Of a DNA stretch of 64,000 bases, positions 8,829-18,100 are shown one piece after another. Numbering within the stretch: the first letter of the stretch is position 1; each line of letters starts with the position of its first letter. The translations under genes and the position numbers were made by a program. The DNA comes from an uncultured Phycisphaeraceae bacterium (GTDB lineage Bacteria > Planctomycetota > Phycisphaerae > Phycisphaerales > UBA1924): assembly GCA_964425995.1 (NCBI GenBank), contig CAYRPC010000001.1:40254-104253 (forward strand), read 5' to 3'. A model generated the notes under the pieces. The model did no database searches and was not told the origin of the DNA. It saw only the letters and a list, made by a program, of their open reading frames with translations.

Positions 8829-10268
8829 CTACACGACAATACTCGCCCCCCACTCCGGCAGGAACGTCCGAGCGAAACCCAACTTTTTCTCAGCCAGGTC
8901 CCGCAGCGTCATCCGAGGCCCAGACTCGCCATGTGTCAGCACTAACTGAGGCGATTGCTTGCCGCGCGGATGGTAATTATCAAGCCACCGAACCAAGTCA
9001 CTTTGCCCCGCGTGCGCGGAAAACCCGCCCAGAGTGTGAATCCTGGCTCGAACCACGATTGGTTCTCCAAAGATTCGCACCTCATCTGCGCCTTCCACCA
9101 ATCGTCGCCCCAGGCTTCCCTGCGCCTGATAGCCCGCAATCAGCACTCGACAGTCTCGCTTGTATAAGTTGTGGCGTAAGTGGTGCAATATTCGCCCACC
9201 CGTACACATGCCCGAGGCCGCGATGATGACCATCGAACCGCGCATCTCATTGAGTTTCCTCGAATCTTCGCCCGTCTTGGTGATCCGCACATGGTCAAGG
9301 CCCAGCGGATTCTCACCCGCAGCGACCATCGCCAGGGTCGCTGCATCCAGATCGTGCGTGAAGTCCTTGTACAACCCCGTCGCTTCCGTCGCCATGGGGC
9401 TGTCGAGATACACATCAAACTTCGGGCAACGACAAGCATGCGTGAGTTCATTCAGATAGTACAGCATCGTCTGTGATCGCCCGATCGCGAACGCAGGGAT
9501 CAGCACCTTGTCCTTGTCCCACATCGCTTCGCGAAGAATGCCCGCAAACTCCTCCACCGTGTCGTCGAGGCGCCGGTGATCTCGGTCTCCATAAGTTGAC
9601 TCGCACACCACCAAGTCCGGGAGCATGTCCGCATCCATCCTGGGCGGCTCCGGATCCTTCATGAGCGGCACACCCCGCGGCCCCAAGTCACCAGAAAAAA
9701 CGATCACCTTCTTCAAGCCATCGCCCAAAGTGCAAGTCACTTCAAGACTGGCTGAGCCAAGAATGTGTCCTGCCTCTGTCCAGCGGACGACGACACCCGG
9801 CGCAACCTCGCGTGGCTTCTGATACTCAACAGGAGTCAGCAACTTCAACACCGGCGGCACATCCTTGGGCGTGTACAAGGCCTCAACCGGTGCTCGACCC
9901 CGCATCGCATTCTTTCTCGACTGACGAATCGCGTCATGTTCCTGCAAGAACGCAGAATCTTCGAGCAATATTTTCACTAGTTTGCAGCTCGCGGGTGTCG
10001 CATAAATCGGCTTGTTGAACCCTTCACGGCACAGAAGCGGCAACCGGCCAATATGGTCGATATGTGCGTGCGTTAGGACCACCGCCTCAAGCGTGTCAAG
10101 TCTGAATGGCAACCGCCGCTGGTTGCGAGCATCAGCATCCGATCCACCCTGATGCAACCCAAAATCGATCAGCACCTGCGATCGCCCCGTGTCCAGGTGA
10201 TAGCACGAGCCCGTCACTTCGCCCGACGCACCGAAGAACGAGAGTTTAAGTTGAGTTGCCGTAGGCAT
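8829..10268 (-). CDS. MBL-fold metallo-hydrolase, beta-CASP (RNA-metabolising) family
   Basis: Start set at ATG 10268 (MPTATQLKLSFFGASGEVTGSC). Metallo-beta-lactamase HxHxDH motif (THAHIDHIG). Length and C-terminal region fit beta-CASP nucleases. Confidence 0.8.
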   Translation of the reverse strand: MPTATQLKLSFFGASGEVTGSCYHLDTGRSQVLIDFGLHQGGSDADARNQRRLPFRLDTLEAVVLTHAHIDHIGRLPLLCREGFNKPIYATPASCKLVKILLEDSAFLQEHDAIRQSRKNAMRGRAPVEALYTPKDVPPVLKLLTPVEYQKPREVAPGVVVRWTEAGHILGSASLEVTCTLGDGLKKVIVFSGDLGPRGVPLMKDPEPPRMDADMLPDLVVCESTYGDRDHRRLDDTVEEFAGILREAMWDKDKVLIPAFAIGRSQTMLYYLNELTHACRCPKFDVYLDSPMATEATGLYKDFTHDLDAATLAMVAAGENPLGLDHVRITKTGEDSRKLNEMRGSMVIIAASGMCTGGRILHHLRHNLYKRDCRVLIAGYQAQGSLGRRLVEGADEVRIFGEPIVVRARIHTLGGFSAHAGQSDLVRWLDNYHPRGKQSPQLVLTHGESGPRMTLRDLAEKKLGFARTFLPEWGASIVV

Positions 10269-10532
10269 GACAACATGGTACGAGTCTACTCGCCATCGCC
10301 ACAGTCTTCGCAAGTACGACCAAGTTGGGCTGCACTTCGGACGAAATGGCTAGAACAAGCGAAGTTTCAAGCTTATCTTGGACGGTTGCTATCCTCAATC
10401 AGAATCCCGGGCGAGATGTCCTGCATCCCAACGGGCCAACCCGCCATACCTCGGTACAATGCGAATGACACTTGACAACGGGGCAGAACCCGGTGCAGAT
10501 TGCACCGCATCACTTCAGACGGATACCAAACC

Positions 10533-11099
10533 ATGGACCCAGACACGATTCTTCTCGAAGCCGAAGCCGCGATGGAAAAGGCCCTGAACTACCTCAAGTC
10601 CGAGTTCAAGGGCGTGAGAACGGGGCGAGCAAGTCCCGCGCTGGTCGAGTTCATCAAGGTCGACGCGTACGGCTCGCAAACCGATCTCAAGAACCTCGCA
10701 GCCATCGGTGTGCCCGAGGCGACGCAAATCCTGATCAAGCCCTTCGACGCAACGCTGGTCAGCGCGATCAAGACCGCCATCGAGAAGAGCGGTCTGGGTG
10801 TCAATCCCATAGTTGAAGGCAAGCAACTCCGCCTGAACATGCCCCCCATGAGCCAGGATCGACGCGTCAAGGAAGCCGCACGCATCAAGAAGATGTGCGA
10901 GGAACAGAAGGTCGTCATGCGCAACGGCCGACGCGACGGCAACAAACACGCCGACGATCTCAAAAAAGCCGGAGCCAAGCAATACCCCGAGGACGAACTC
11001 GAACAACTCAAGGAAGAGGTTCAGACCCTGCTCAAGAAGTACGAGACCGACGCAGACTCGCTACTCGAAACCAAGACCAAAGAGATCATGACTCTCTGA
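10533..11099 (+). CDS. frr: ribosome recycling factor
   Basis: Start at ATG 10533 (MDPDTILLEAEAAMEKALNYLKSEFKGVRTGRASPALV). 188 aa, full-length RRF-like with characteristic RNGRRD. Confidence 0.95.
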   Translation: MDPDTILLEAEAAMEKALNYLKSEFKGVRTGRASPALVEFIKVDAYGSQTDLKNLAAIGVPEATQILIKPFDATLVSAIKTAIEKSGLGVNPIVEGKQLRLNMPPMSQDRRVKEAARIKKMCEEQKVVMRNGRRDGNKHADDLKKAGAKQYPEDELEQLKEEVQTLLKKYETDADSLLETKTKEIMTL

Positions 11100-11109
11100 G
11101 AGCATGGTG

Positions 11110-12774
11110 CTAGGCAGCTCGCCTCGAACTCAGAGGTTCAGGGCTTGTCCCCTGCCTCACCGAACTTGCACTGGGCAGTTCAACCATCGCCACCAGGCCG
11201 CCAGTCTCACGGTTCTCAAGCCAGACGCGTCCGTGAAATGCTTCAACATATCGTTTCACGCTCGACAGGCCAAGACCGGTGCCCGGTGCCGCATCCGTCG
11301 CCCGTGTAAAAGGTGTGAAGACGCGAGTAAGCATCTCCGCTGGAACGCCCGGTCCCGTGTCCTCGACGCGAAACTGCACGAGGTCATCCGTCTGCGTTAC
11401 CACGGCGCGTACGCGTTTTTTGCCCGCGTGCGCCGCAGTGAACTTGATGGCGTTGCTCAGCAGGTTGCGCACGCAGCGTTCCATCGCCCGCGCATCCGCT
11501 CGCACACTCGCCGGCTCCAACGCTGTCTGGACGTACACGCCCGATTGCTGCGCGACCGCCGCCATCTCGCCCGCCACGCCCAGCACAATCTCATCGATCC
11601 GCACTGGTTCGATCATCAGGCCTTCCTGATCCATCTGCGCAAGCGACATCGCAGTGTCGAGCATCTCGCCCATGCGCTCCAGACTCCGCTTGGCCTTGAC
11701 CAGCGCTGGGCGGGCAGCGTGCGAGGCATCCAGCAGGCTATCTGCAATCGCCAACTGTCCCATGCTGGCCGCCAGGGGCGACTGCAAGTCGTGCGTCATC
11801 GAAAGAGCGGGATGGGGCGTATGCCCCGAACTATCCCGCTTAAAACGTATCGCCTCGTCAACCTCGTTCCGCAGCGAGTGCAGGGAATCGTGAAACTCGC
11901 GGGCCGCCGTCATATCGACGACGGTGCCGATATAACCAACCAGTTTCTCGCCCTCAAACATTGGGCAGCACGAGGCATCAACATGCACGGTCCGTCCGTC
12001 CGGATGCACAAACCGTGCCTCGTACTCAAACTGCTTGCGATTCGCGACCGCACATATCCAGCCATCGACGACTCGTGCCCGATCATCAGGATGCAGCCGG
12101 GGTGCCCAGCCACCCTGCCGTGCCGCCGCCGAACTCAGTCCAGCGATCTGCTCCCAGGCAGCATTGAAGTAGTTGCACTCTCCCGACGGCGTCGCAAGGA
12201 ACATGCCCACAGATGACGTATCCAGGATGGTCTTCAATTGACGTCGCGCGAGCACGAGTTGTTCGCTGATGGCCTCTTGTTCACGCTTGCTCTTTGCCAG
12301 TTGCAGCAATGCGGCGGCCTGGGCTGCCAGCAACTTCAAAATATCCAGTTGCGCGCCAGAAAACTCTCTGGGCTTGGTGTCAATCACGCACAGACTGCCC
12401 ACCGCACTCCCAGCCTCAAGCACCAACGGCACCCCGGCATAGAAGCGAATGCCAGGCTCGCCCTTGACCAGCGGGTTTTCTGAAAATCGCACATCCCTGG
12501 TTGCATCGTTTACGATGAATGGACGTGGGGACATGATCGCGTGCGCACAAAACGCGACATCCCGGTTTGTTTCCTTGACTGATAATCCCACACTCGACTT
12601 GAACCACTGACGATCAGCATCAACCAAACTAATCGCGGCGATCGGCACGCCGCAAAGTTGCTGCGCCAGGCGAGTGATGCCATCAAAGGCCGGCTCGTTC
12701 GCAGTATCGAGCACAGCACACGAAGCCAGCAATGCCAGTCGATACGCTTCATCTTGTGGAATCGGATTGATCAA
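11110..12774 (-). CDS. cytoplasmic GAF-PAS sensor histidine kinase (orphan)
   Basis: GAF-like N-terminus (AFDGITRLAQQLCGVPIAAISLVDADRQWFKSSVGL), PAS segment, H-box THDLQSPLAA, N-box RNLLSNAIKFT, G-boxes EDTGPGV and GTGLGLS. No TM helix and no receiver domain. Confidence 0.85.
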   Translation of the reverse strand: MINPIPQDEAYRLALLASCAVLDTANEPAFDGITRLAQQLCGVPIAAISLVDADRQWFKSSVGLSVKETNRDVAFCAHAIMSPRPFIVNDATRDVRFSENPLVKGEPGIRFYAGVPLVLEAGSAVGSLCVIDTKPREFSGAQLDILKLLAAQAAALLQLAKSKREQEAISEQLVLARRQLKTILDTSSVGMFLATPSGECNYFNAAWEQIAGLSSAAARQGGWAPRLHPDDRARVVDGWICAVANRKQFEYEARFVHPDGRTVHVDASCCPMFEGEKLVGYIGTVVDMTAAREFHDSLHSLRNEVDEAIRFKRDSSGHTPHPALSMTHDLQSPLAASMGQLAIADSLLDASHAARPALVKAKRSLERMGEMLDTAMSLAQMDQEGLMIEPVRIDEIVLGVAGEMAAVAQQSGVYVQTALEPASVRADARAMERCVRNLLSNAIKFTAAHAGKKRVRAVVTQTDDLVQFRVEDTGPGVPAEMLTRVFTPFTRATDAAPGTGLGLSSVKRYVEAFHGRVWLENRETGGLVAMVELPSASSVRQGTSPEPLSSRRAA

Positions 12775-13034
12775 AGGTCAATTCCCCAACAAATCGCGCC
12801 CGTAGGCAGCAGCCCCGGCACCGGCCTGAGCCCCCGGCCCCCGCCGCCGATCTCTGCCAAGGACACATCGACGACGCATGGAAGCGACTGAAGCCCGAGA
12901 ACGCGAATTGCAATGACATCAACAGATGCATTCAGGCAACAGGCACACCCATGTGAACATAGGGAAGATGGACCGACCAATCGCATCCGCGATCGGGTCA
13001 ACTTATTTAGAATGTGTCTGCATTCCGACCAGGC

Positions 13035-13790
13035 CTACACCCGCGCTCGGCCGATGTCGGCCAGTGTCAAACCCGCTCGGCGCGCGATCTCTGCCAGATG
13101 GACCCGGTCGCTCACCCGAAGCTTCTCATGCACACTGGAGCGATGGTTGTCAATAGTCTTCTCACTGCGATGCAGAATGTCTGCAACTTCCCTGACACTC
13201 AAACCCTGGCCCAGTAGGGCCACCACTTCCAATTCACGCGGACTGAGCACATCCAACTTGCCCAATCGCATCACGCCCGACTCGATCTCGTCGTACTTGC
13301 CCTTTGGTGCCAGTTGCTCCGCTTCCTCATCGCTCGATGCGCGCCGCGTGATCGTAAGGAAAAACTCGGGGTGATGGTGTTCCGTATCCATCTCGGGATC
13401 AATCCGAGTGATCCATGTGAATTGCTGAAACCCGCGCCAAATGGTTCGCATCAGCACCGGCTTGTCGTGGATCAGGATCATCCGCAGGATTCTCAATCGC
13501 TCGCTGGTCCATTCAGGGGGCATGTGGTCGCTCCAGAAGCGACCGACATACTCAGATGCTTTCGCCTGCTCGCCATGGAACATCCTGGTTGTTTGCTCAT
13601 TGAGATACAGAATCTGCCCGTCGATGGATACCACGCCCACTCCGGTCGTTGGCTCGATCGTCATCGCCTCGAACATCGCCGAACCAAGCCCACCAAGTTG
13701 CGCAGCTACTTCCGACGCATCGGTCGTGGGCTGGAGATTGGTCTCCTCTGAAGCGAGCGGTTGTCGCTGATTGGGGTGTTCAGGCATCAA
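13035..13790 (-). CDS. PAS-like / LuxR-type HTH transcriptional regulator (paralogue C, no receiver domain)
   Basis: C-terminal HTH LSPRELEVVALLGQGLSVREVADILHRSEKTIDNHRSSVHEKL. N-terminal PAS-like segment (GVGVVSIDGQILYLNEQTTRMFHG...). Lies 260 nt upstream of the histidine kinase on the same strand. Confidence 0.8.
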   Translation of the reverse strand: MMPEHPNQRQPLASEETNLQPTTDASEVAAQLGGLGSAMFEAMTIEPTTGVGVVSIDGQILYLNEQTTRMFHGEQAKASEYVGRFWSDHMPPEWTSERLRILRMILIHDKPVLMRTIWRGFQQFTWITRIDPEMDTEHHHPEFFLTITRRASSDEEAEQLAPKGKYDEIESGVMRLGKLDVLSPRELEVVALLGQGLSVREVADILHRSEKTIDNHRSSVHEKLRVSDRVHLAEIARRAGLTLADIGRARV

Positions 13791-13826
13791 ACAATAGTTG
13801 GCGCTTGCAACCTACCTTTCTAGTTC

Positions 13827-14990
13827 ATGCAAGACCCTCGTCTCAACAAACTTGCCGATGTCCTGGTCCATTACTCTGCCAAGGTTCAAAAAGGTGACAT
13901 CGTCGGTATCTCCGCCGATCCAGCCGCAGAACCGCTCACACAGGCGGTCATGCGTTCGGTGATCCAGGCTGGCGGACTGCCCTTCGTGACCCCACGCTGG
14001 GCATATTACAAAGAAGCGATGCTGGAGCATGCCAGTGAAGACCTGTTGGGCATGCTCCACCCGCTGCTGAAGGCGTACATAGACACCGTCAATGTCCACT
14101 TTTCCCTCTGGGCCGAAGACAATACCCGTTCCCTCAGTCGTTACGACACCAAGCGTCAGTCCCGACTCGCGCAGGCCTATAAACCATTCCTCAGTACCTT
14201 TATGGAACGTGCCGCCCTGCCTTGGGAGCACCCCAAACGCCTCCGCTGGATCGGCACCCAGTTCCCCACTAACGCCAGCGCGCAGGATGCGGAGATGAGT
14301 CTTCGCCAATACGAAGACTTCGTCTACAAGGCTGGCCTGCTGCACCTCGAAAAGCCTGCCAAGGCCTGGCAGGAGATTCACGCACGCCAAGAAAAAATCC
14401 GCGATTATCTCCAGCAGAAGAAGATATTCCACTTCAAGGCCCCCGCCTGCGAGGACCACGATGGCACCGACCTCCGCGTCGATTGCTCCAAGTCCACCTG
14501 GATCAACTGTGCTGGCCAGGAAAACTTCCCTGATGGCGAAGTCTTCGCGGGGCCTGGCGCGGTCGATGGGCATGTAAACTACACCTTCCCAGCCGTCTAC
14601 AACGGCATGGAAGTCAACAGCGTGCGTCTCCGCTTCAAGGATGGCCGCGTCATCGATGCCTCTGCCAGCAAAAACGAGGACTACTTGGTCAAGATGCTCG
14701 ATCAGGACGCAGGGGCTCGCAACCTGGGCGAAATCGCCATCGGCACCAACTACTCGATCACCGACTTTAGCCGAAACACGCTCTTTGACGAGAAGATCGG
14801 CGGTACTTTCCACGCCGCAGTCGGTGCCGGCTATCCGGAGAGTGGCAGCAGCAACCAGAGCGCCTTGCACTGGGACATGGTGTGTGACCTGCGCCCCAGG
14901 AAGGGCAAGGACGGATCCGCAATCCCAGGCGGCACTATCTCCGCTGATGGCGAGGTCTTTCATCGCGACGGCCAGTTTGTCGTAGTTTGA
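13827..14990 (+). CDS. aminopeptidase, M29 (AmpS/PepS) family
   Basis: 387 aa. N-terminal KLADVLVHYSAKVQKGDIV and C-terminal GEIAIGTNYSIT...DEKIGGTFHAAVGAGY...SALHWDMV match the thermophilic-metalloprotease M29 pattern (from memory). Confidence 0.8.
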   Translation: MQDPRLNKLADVLVHYSAKVQKGDIVGISADPAAEPLTQAVMRSVIQAGGLPFVTPRWAYYKEAMLEHASEDLLGMLHPLLKAYIDTVNVHFSLWAEDNTRSLSRYDTKRQSRLAQAYKPFLSTFMERAALPWEHPKRLRWIGTQFPTNASAQDAEMSLRQYEDFVYKAGLLHLEKPAKAWQEIHARQEKIRDYLQQKKIFHFKAPACEDHDGTDLRVDCSKSTWINCAGQENFPDGEVFAGPGAVDGHVNYTFPAVYNGMEVNSVRLRFKDGRVIDASASKNEDYLVKMLDQDAGARNLGEIAIGTNYSITDFSRNTLFDEKIGGTFHAAVGAGYPESGSSNQSALHWDMVCDLRPRKGKDGSAIPGGTISADGEVFHRDGQFVVV

Positions 14991-15146
14991 ATCAGAATCG
15001 CATCTGCTTGCCAGAGCCTGGTACGGGCATCCCAGCCTACTGCCCGAAGCAGTACGTACAGGTCCACAGCCAAGCACGCCTGTGCCACCATCTTCCTACA
15101 TTACCACACGCCCACGGAAGGGCCCCCGTGCTCGCTGGAGATCCTC

Positions 15147-18023
15147 ATGCATTGGTCCGTCAACACCGTCCGCAAGACCTTCATCGACTACTTCGCGAAG
15201 CAGCAGGCCCACACGTTCATACCCAGTTCGCCCTGCGCGCCTTTGGACGATCCGACCCTGCTCTTCACCAACGCGGGCATGAACCAGTTCAAGCCGATTT
15301 TCCTGGGCCAGGTCGATCCCGCGACGCCAATGGGCAAGTTGAAACGAGCCGTGAACAGCCAGAAGTGCATCCGCGCTGGCGGTAAGCACAACGACCTGGA
15401 CGACGTAGGAAAGGATACCTATCACCACACCCTCTTCGAAATGCTGGGCAACTGGTCCTTTGGCGACTACTTCAAACAGGAAGCGGTGACATGGAGTTTC
15501 GAACTGCTCACCAAGGTCTATGGCCTCTCGCCCAACCGCCTCTACGCGACTTACTTTGAAGGCAACGAAAAGCAAGGCCTTCCACCCGACGAAGAGACCA
15601 AGGCCCTCTGGCTTAAGTACCTCCCCGCCGACCACGTCCTTCCGGGGAATATGAAGGACAACTTCTGGGAAATGGGCGAGAGCGGCCCCTGCGGCCCCTG
15701 CACCGAGGTCCACTACGACCGCATCGGCGAACGCAACGCCCGCGACCTCGTGAACAAGAGCGATCCTGATGTCATCGAAATCTGGAACAACGTCTTTATC
15801 CAGTTCAACCGTGAGCCAGGGGTTAATGGTGAGACGGGCAGCCTGCGTCCCCTGCCCGCCAAGCACGTCGATACCGGCATGGGTCTTGAGCGTCTGGTCA
15901 GCATCCTGCAGAACAAGCGGAGCAACTACGACACCGATGTCTTCGCTCCCATCTTCTTCGCCATCGAGCAACAGACCGGGGCCCGGCCCTACATGGGCCG
16001 ACTGGGCGAGGCCGACAAGGACAACATCGACACCGCCTATCGCGTTATCGCCGACCATATTCGCACACTCACGTTCGCCCTGACCGACGGGGCCGTCCCT
16101 AGCAATGTCGGGCGAGGCTATGTCCTGCGCCGAATTCTGCGTCGCGCCGTTCGTTACGGGCGGCAGATGCTCAACGCCAAACCCGGCTTCTTCAGCGACC
16201 TCGTGCCCGTCGTCGCCCAGCACTTTGGCGAGGCGTTCCCCGAACTCCGCAAGCAGCCCGACAAAGTGCGTGCGATGATCCGCGAGGAAGAGGAAAGTTT
16301 CGGCAAGACACTGGACCGTGGCATCAAACTTTTCACCGATGTCGCTACTGCCGCCAAGACAGGCGTCATCAGCGGCCAAGATGCCTTCACCCTCTACGAC
16401 ACCTTCGGTTTCCCCATTGACCTCACCAAACTGATGGCCGAGGAACGGGGCCTCAAGGTCGATGAAGTCGGGTATGAAGAGCAAGTCGAGAAAGCCCGCG
16501 AACTCTCGCGCACGGGTGGCAAGCAGGAAGCCAGCACCAAACTGGTCCTGACGGGCGAAACCATCGCACGCCTCAAGCACATGGGCATTCAGCCCACCGA
16601 CGACACACCCAAGTTTGAAACCAAGCCCGTCCGCGCCCATGTTCGCGCTATCTGGAACGGCCACAACTTCGACGACCATACCAGCCTGCTAATGGGCAAC
16701 GCCAAGAAACCCGTGGGCGTCATTGTCGATCGCACCAACTTTTATTCCACCATGGGCGGCCAGGAGGGCGATAGCGGACACATCCATGTCTCCAGCAGCG
16801 GCCATCAGGGCGAGTTCGAGGTCGAATCGACAGAGGTCTTTGCTGGCTATGTGCTCCACATCGGACGCATGCAGAAGGGCATGTTGAAAGTACACGATGC
16901 CGTGACGATGGAACTGGATGTCAAGCGCCGGACGAAAGTCCAGAGCAATCACACCGCGTCCCACCTCGCAAACTGGGCCCTTAGAGAGGTGCTGGGCGAT
17001 GGCATCGATCAGAAGGGCAGTTCGGTTGCTCCCGACCGCATGCGCTTTGACTTCAGCCACAACCAACCGGTCTCACCCGACCAACTCGCGAAGGTCGAAG
17101 AACTCGTTGCCCAGACCGTGAGCGCCAACTACATCGTGCATGCCGAGATCGCGCCCCTCGACAAGGCTCGTCCCGTGAACAGCCTCCGCGCAGTCTTTGG
17201 CGAGGCGTATCCCGATCCCGTTCGTGTGGTCAGTATCGGCGTACCCGTCGACGAACTCATCGAGCAGCCCGCCAACCCCGAATGGCGCAAGTACAGCATC
17301 GAGTTCTGTGGCGGCACCCACGTCCTCGCAACCGGTGAGATCGGCTCGTTCGCGCTGCTGAGCGAAGAGGCCGTCGCCAAGGGCGTGCGTCGAATTATCG
17401 CCGTCACCGGTGAGATCGCGGCCAACGCCATCCGCGAGGGCGACCAACTCGCCCAGAGCGTTGCCCTCGCCGCGAAACTCGGCGACCTGGACCTGTCCAA
17501 GTCACTACCCGCTCTGGCGACACAACTCGACGCGAGCAGTGCATCCTCGCCCAGGAAAGCCCAACTCCGTTTGCAGATCGCACAGTTGCAGGAACGCGTG
17601 AAGGCCGCGGGCAAGCAGATGTCCGCACAGATAACCGAGAAGGCCGTTTCCCAGGCCCGAGCACTCGCTCAGAGCGCAATGGCCAGCAACACGCCCGTGG
17701 TCGTGGCCCAGATCGACGCGGGCGAAGATCGAGTAGCGCTCCAGACCGCTGTCAAGACCATCCGCGACACACTGCCTCGCACGGCGGTCATGCTCTTCAG
17801 TGTTGACGAAACCGGCAAAGCCTCCATTCACGCCAGCGTGCCCGATGCTCTGGTCGCCAAAGGCCTCAAGGCTGGCGCGTGGCTGCGCGATGCGGCAACC
17901 GTCATGGGAGGTAAGGGGGGCGGCAAGGACGACAACGCCCAGGGTGGTGGCGTCGAAGGAATCAAGGTCAAGGACGCCATGCGTGTCGCAGAGCAGATTG
18001 CCCTCAAGCACGCCATGGCGTAA
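15147..18023 (+). CDS. alaS: alanine--tRNA ligase
   Basis: 958 aa. FTNAGMNQFK, HHTLFEMLGNWSFGDYFK, SGPCGPCTEVHYD, editing-domain HTASHL, C-terminal GGGKDDNAQGGG. Confidence 0.97.
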   Translation: MHWSVNTVRKTFIDYFAKQQAHTFIPSSPCAPLDDPTLLFTNAGMNQFKPIFLGQVDPATPMGKLKRAVNSQKCIRAGGKHNDLDDVGKDTYHHTLFEMLGNWSFGDYFKQEAVTWSFELLTKVYGLSPNRLYATYFEGNEKQGLPPDEETKALWLKYLPADHVLPGNMKDNFWEMGESGPCGPCTEVHYDRIGERNARDLVNKSDPDVIEIWNNVFIQFNREPGVNGETGSLRPLPAKHVDTGMGLERLVSILQNKRSNYDTDVFAPIFFAIEQQTGARPYMGRLGEADKDNIDTAYRVIADHIRTLTFALTDGAVPSNVGRGYVLRRILRRAVRYGRQMLNAKPGFFSDLVPVVAQHFGEAFPELRKQPDKVRAMIREEEESFGKTLDRGIKLFTDVATAAKTGVISGQDAFTLYDTFGFPIDLTKLMAEERGLKVDEVGYEEQVEKARELSRTGGKQEASTKLVLTGETIARLKHMGIQPTDDTPKFETKPVRAHVRAIWNGHNFDDHTSLLMGNAKKPVGVIVDRTNFYSTMGGQEGDSGHIHVSSSGHQGEFEVESTEVFAGYVLHIGRMQKGMLKVHDAVTMELDVKRRTKVQSNHTASHLANWALREVLGDGIDQKGSSVAPDRMRFDFSHNQPVSPDQLAKVEELVAQTVSANYIVHAEIAPLDKARPVNSLRAVFGEAYPDPVRVVSIGVPVDELIEQPANPEWRKYSIEFCGGTHVLATGEIGSFALLSEEAVAKGVRRIIAVTGEIAANAIREGDQLAQSVALAAKLGDLDLSKSLPALATQLDASSASSPRKAQLRLQIAQLQERVKAAGKQMSAQITEKAVSQARALAQSAMASNTPVVVAQIDAGEDRVALQTAVKTIRDTLPRTAVMLFSVDETGKASIHASVPDALVAKGLKAGAWLRDAATVMGGKGGGKDDNAQGGGVEGIKVKDAMRVAEQIALKHAMA

Positions 18024-18100
18024 GCCGTCATCTCGACGGGTACAACGCGCGACGCGAACAACAGACTGTGCGGACCGCGGCGCCAGCGCCACACTCAACG

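Noticed and set aside
13812-15077. Very long ORFs antisense to real genes, often with nearly the same boundaries. Examples: 13812..15077 vs the M29 peptidase, 15096..16679 vs alaS, 32669..34801 vs glnN, 3905..4945 vs trxB, 35498..36316 vs the nucleotidyltransferase, 43648..44460 vs panB, 36481..37371 vs sucD, 26228..27400 vs the dockerin protein.
   Set aside because: The sense-strand products have unmistakable homology motifs, whereas the antisense translations are Arg/Ala/Gly/Pro-rich with no motifs. Stop-poor antisense frames are the expected artefact of high GC and strong third-position bias. There is no evidence for overlapping genes.
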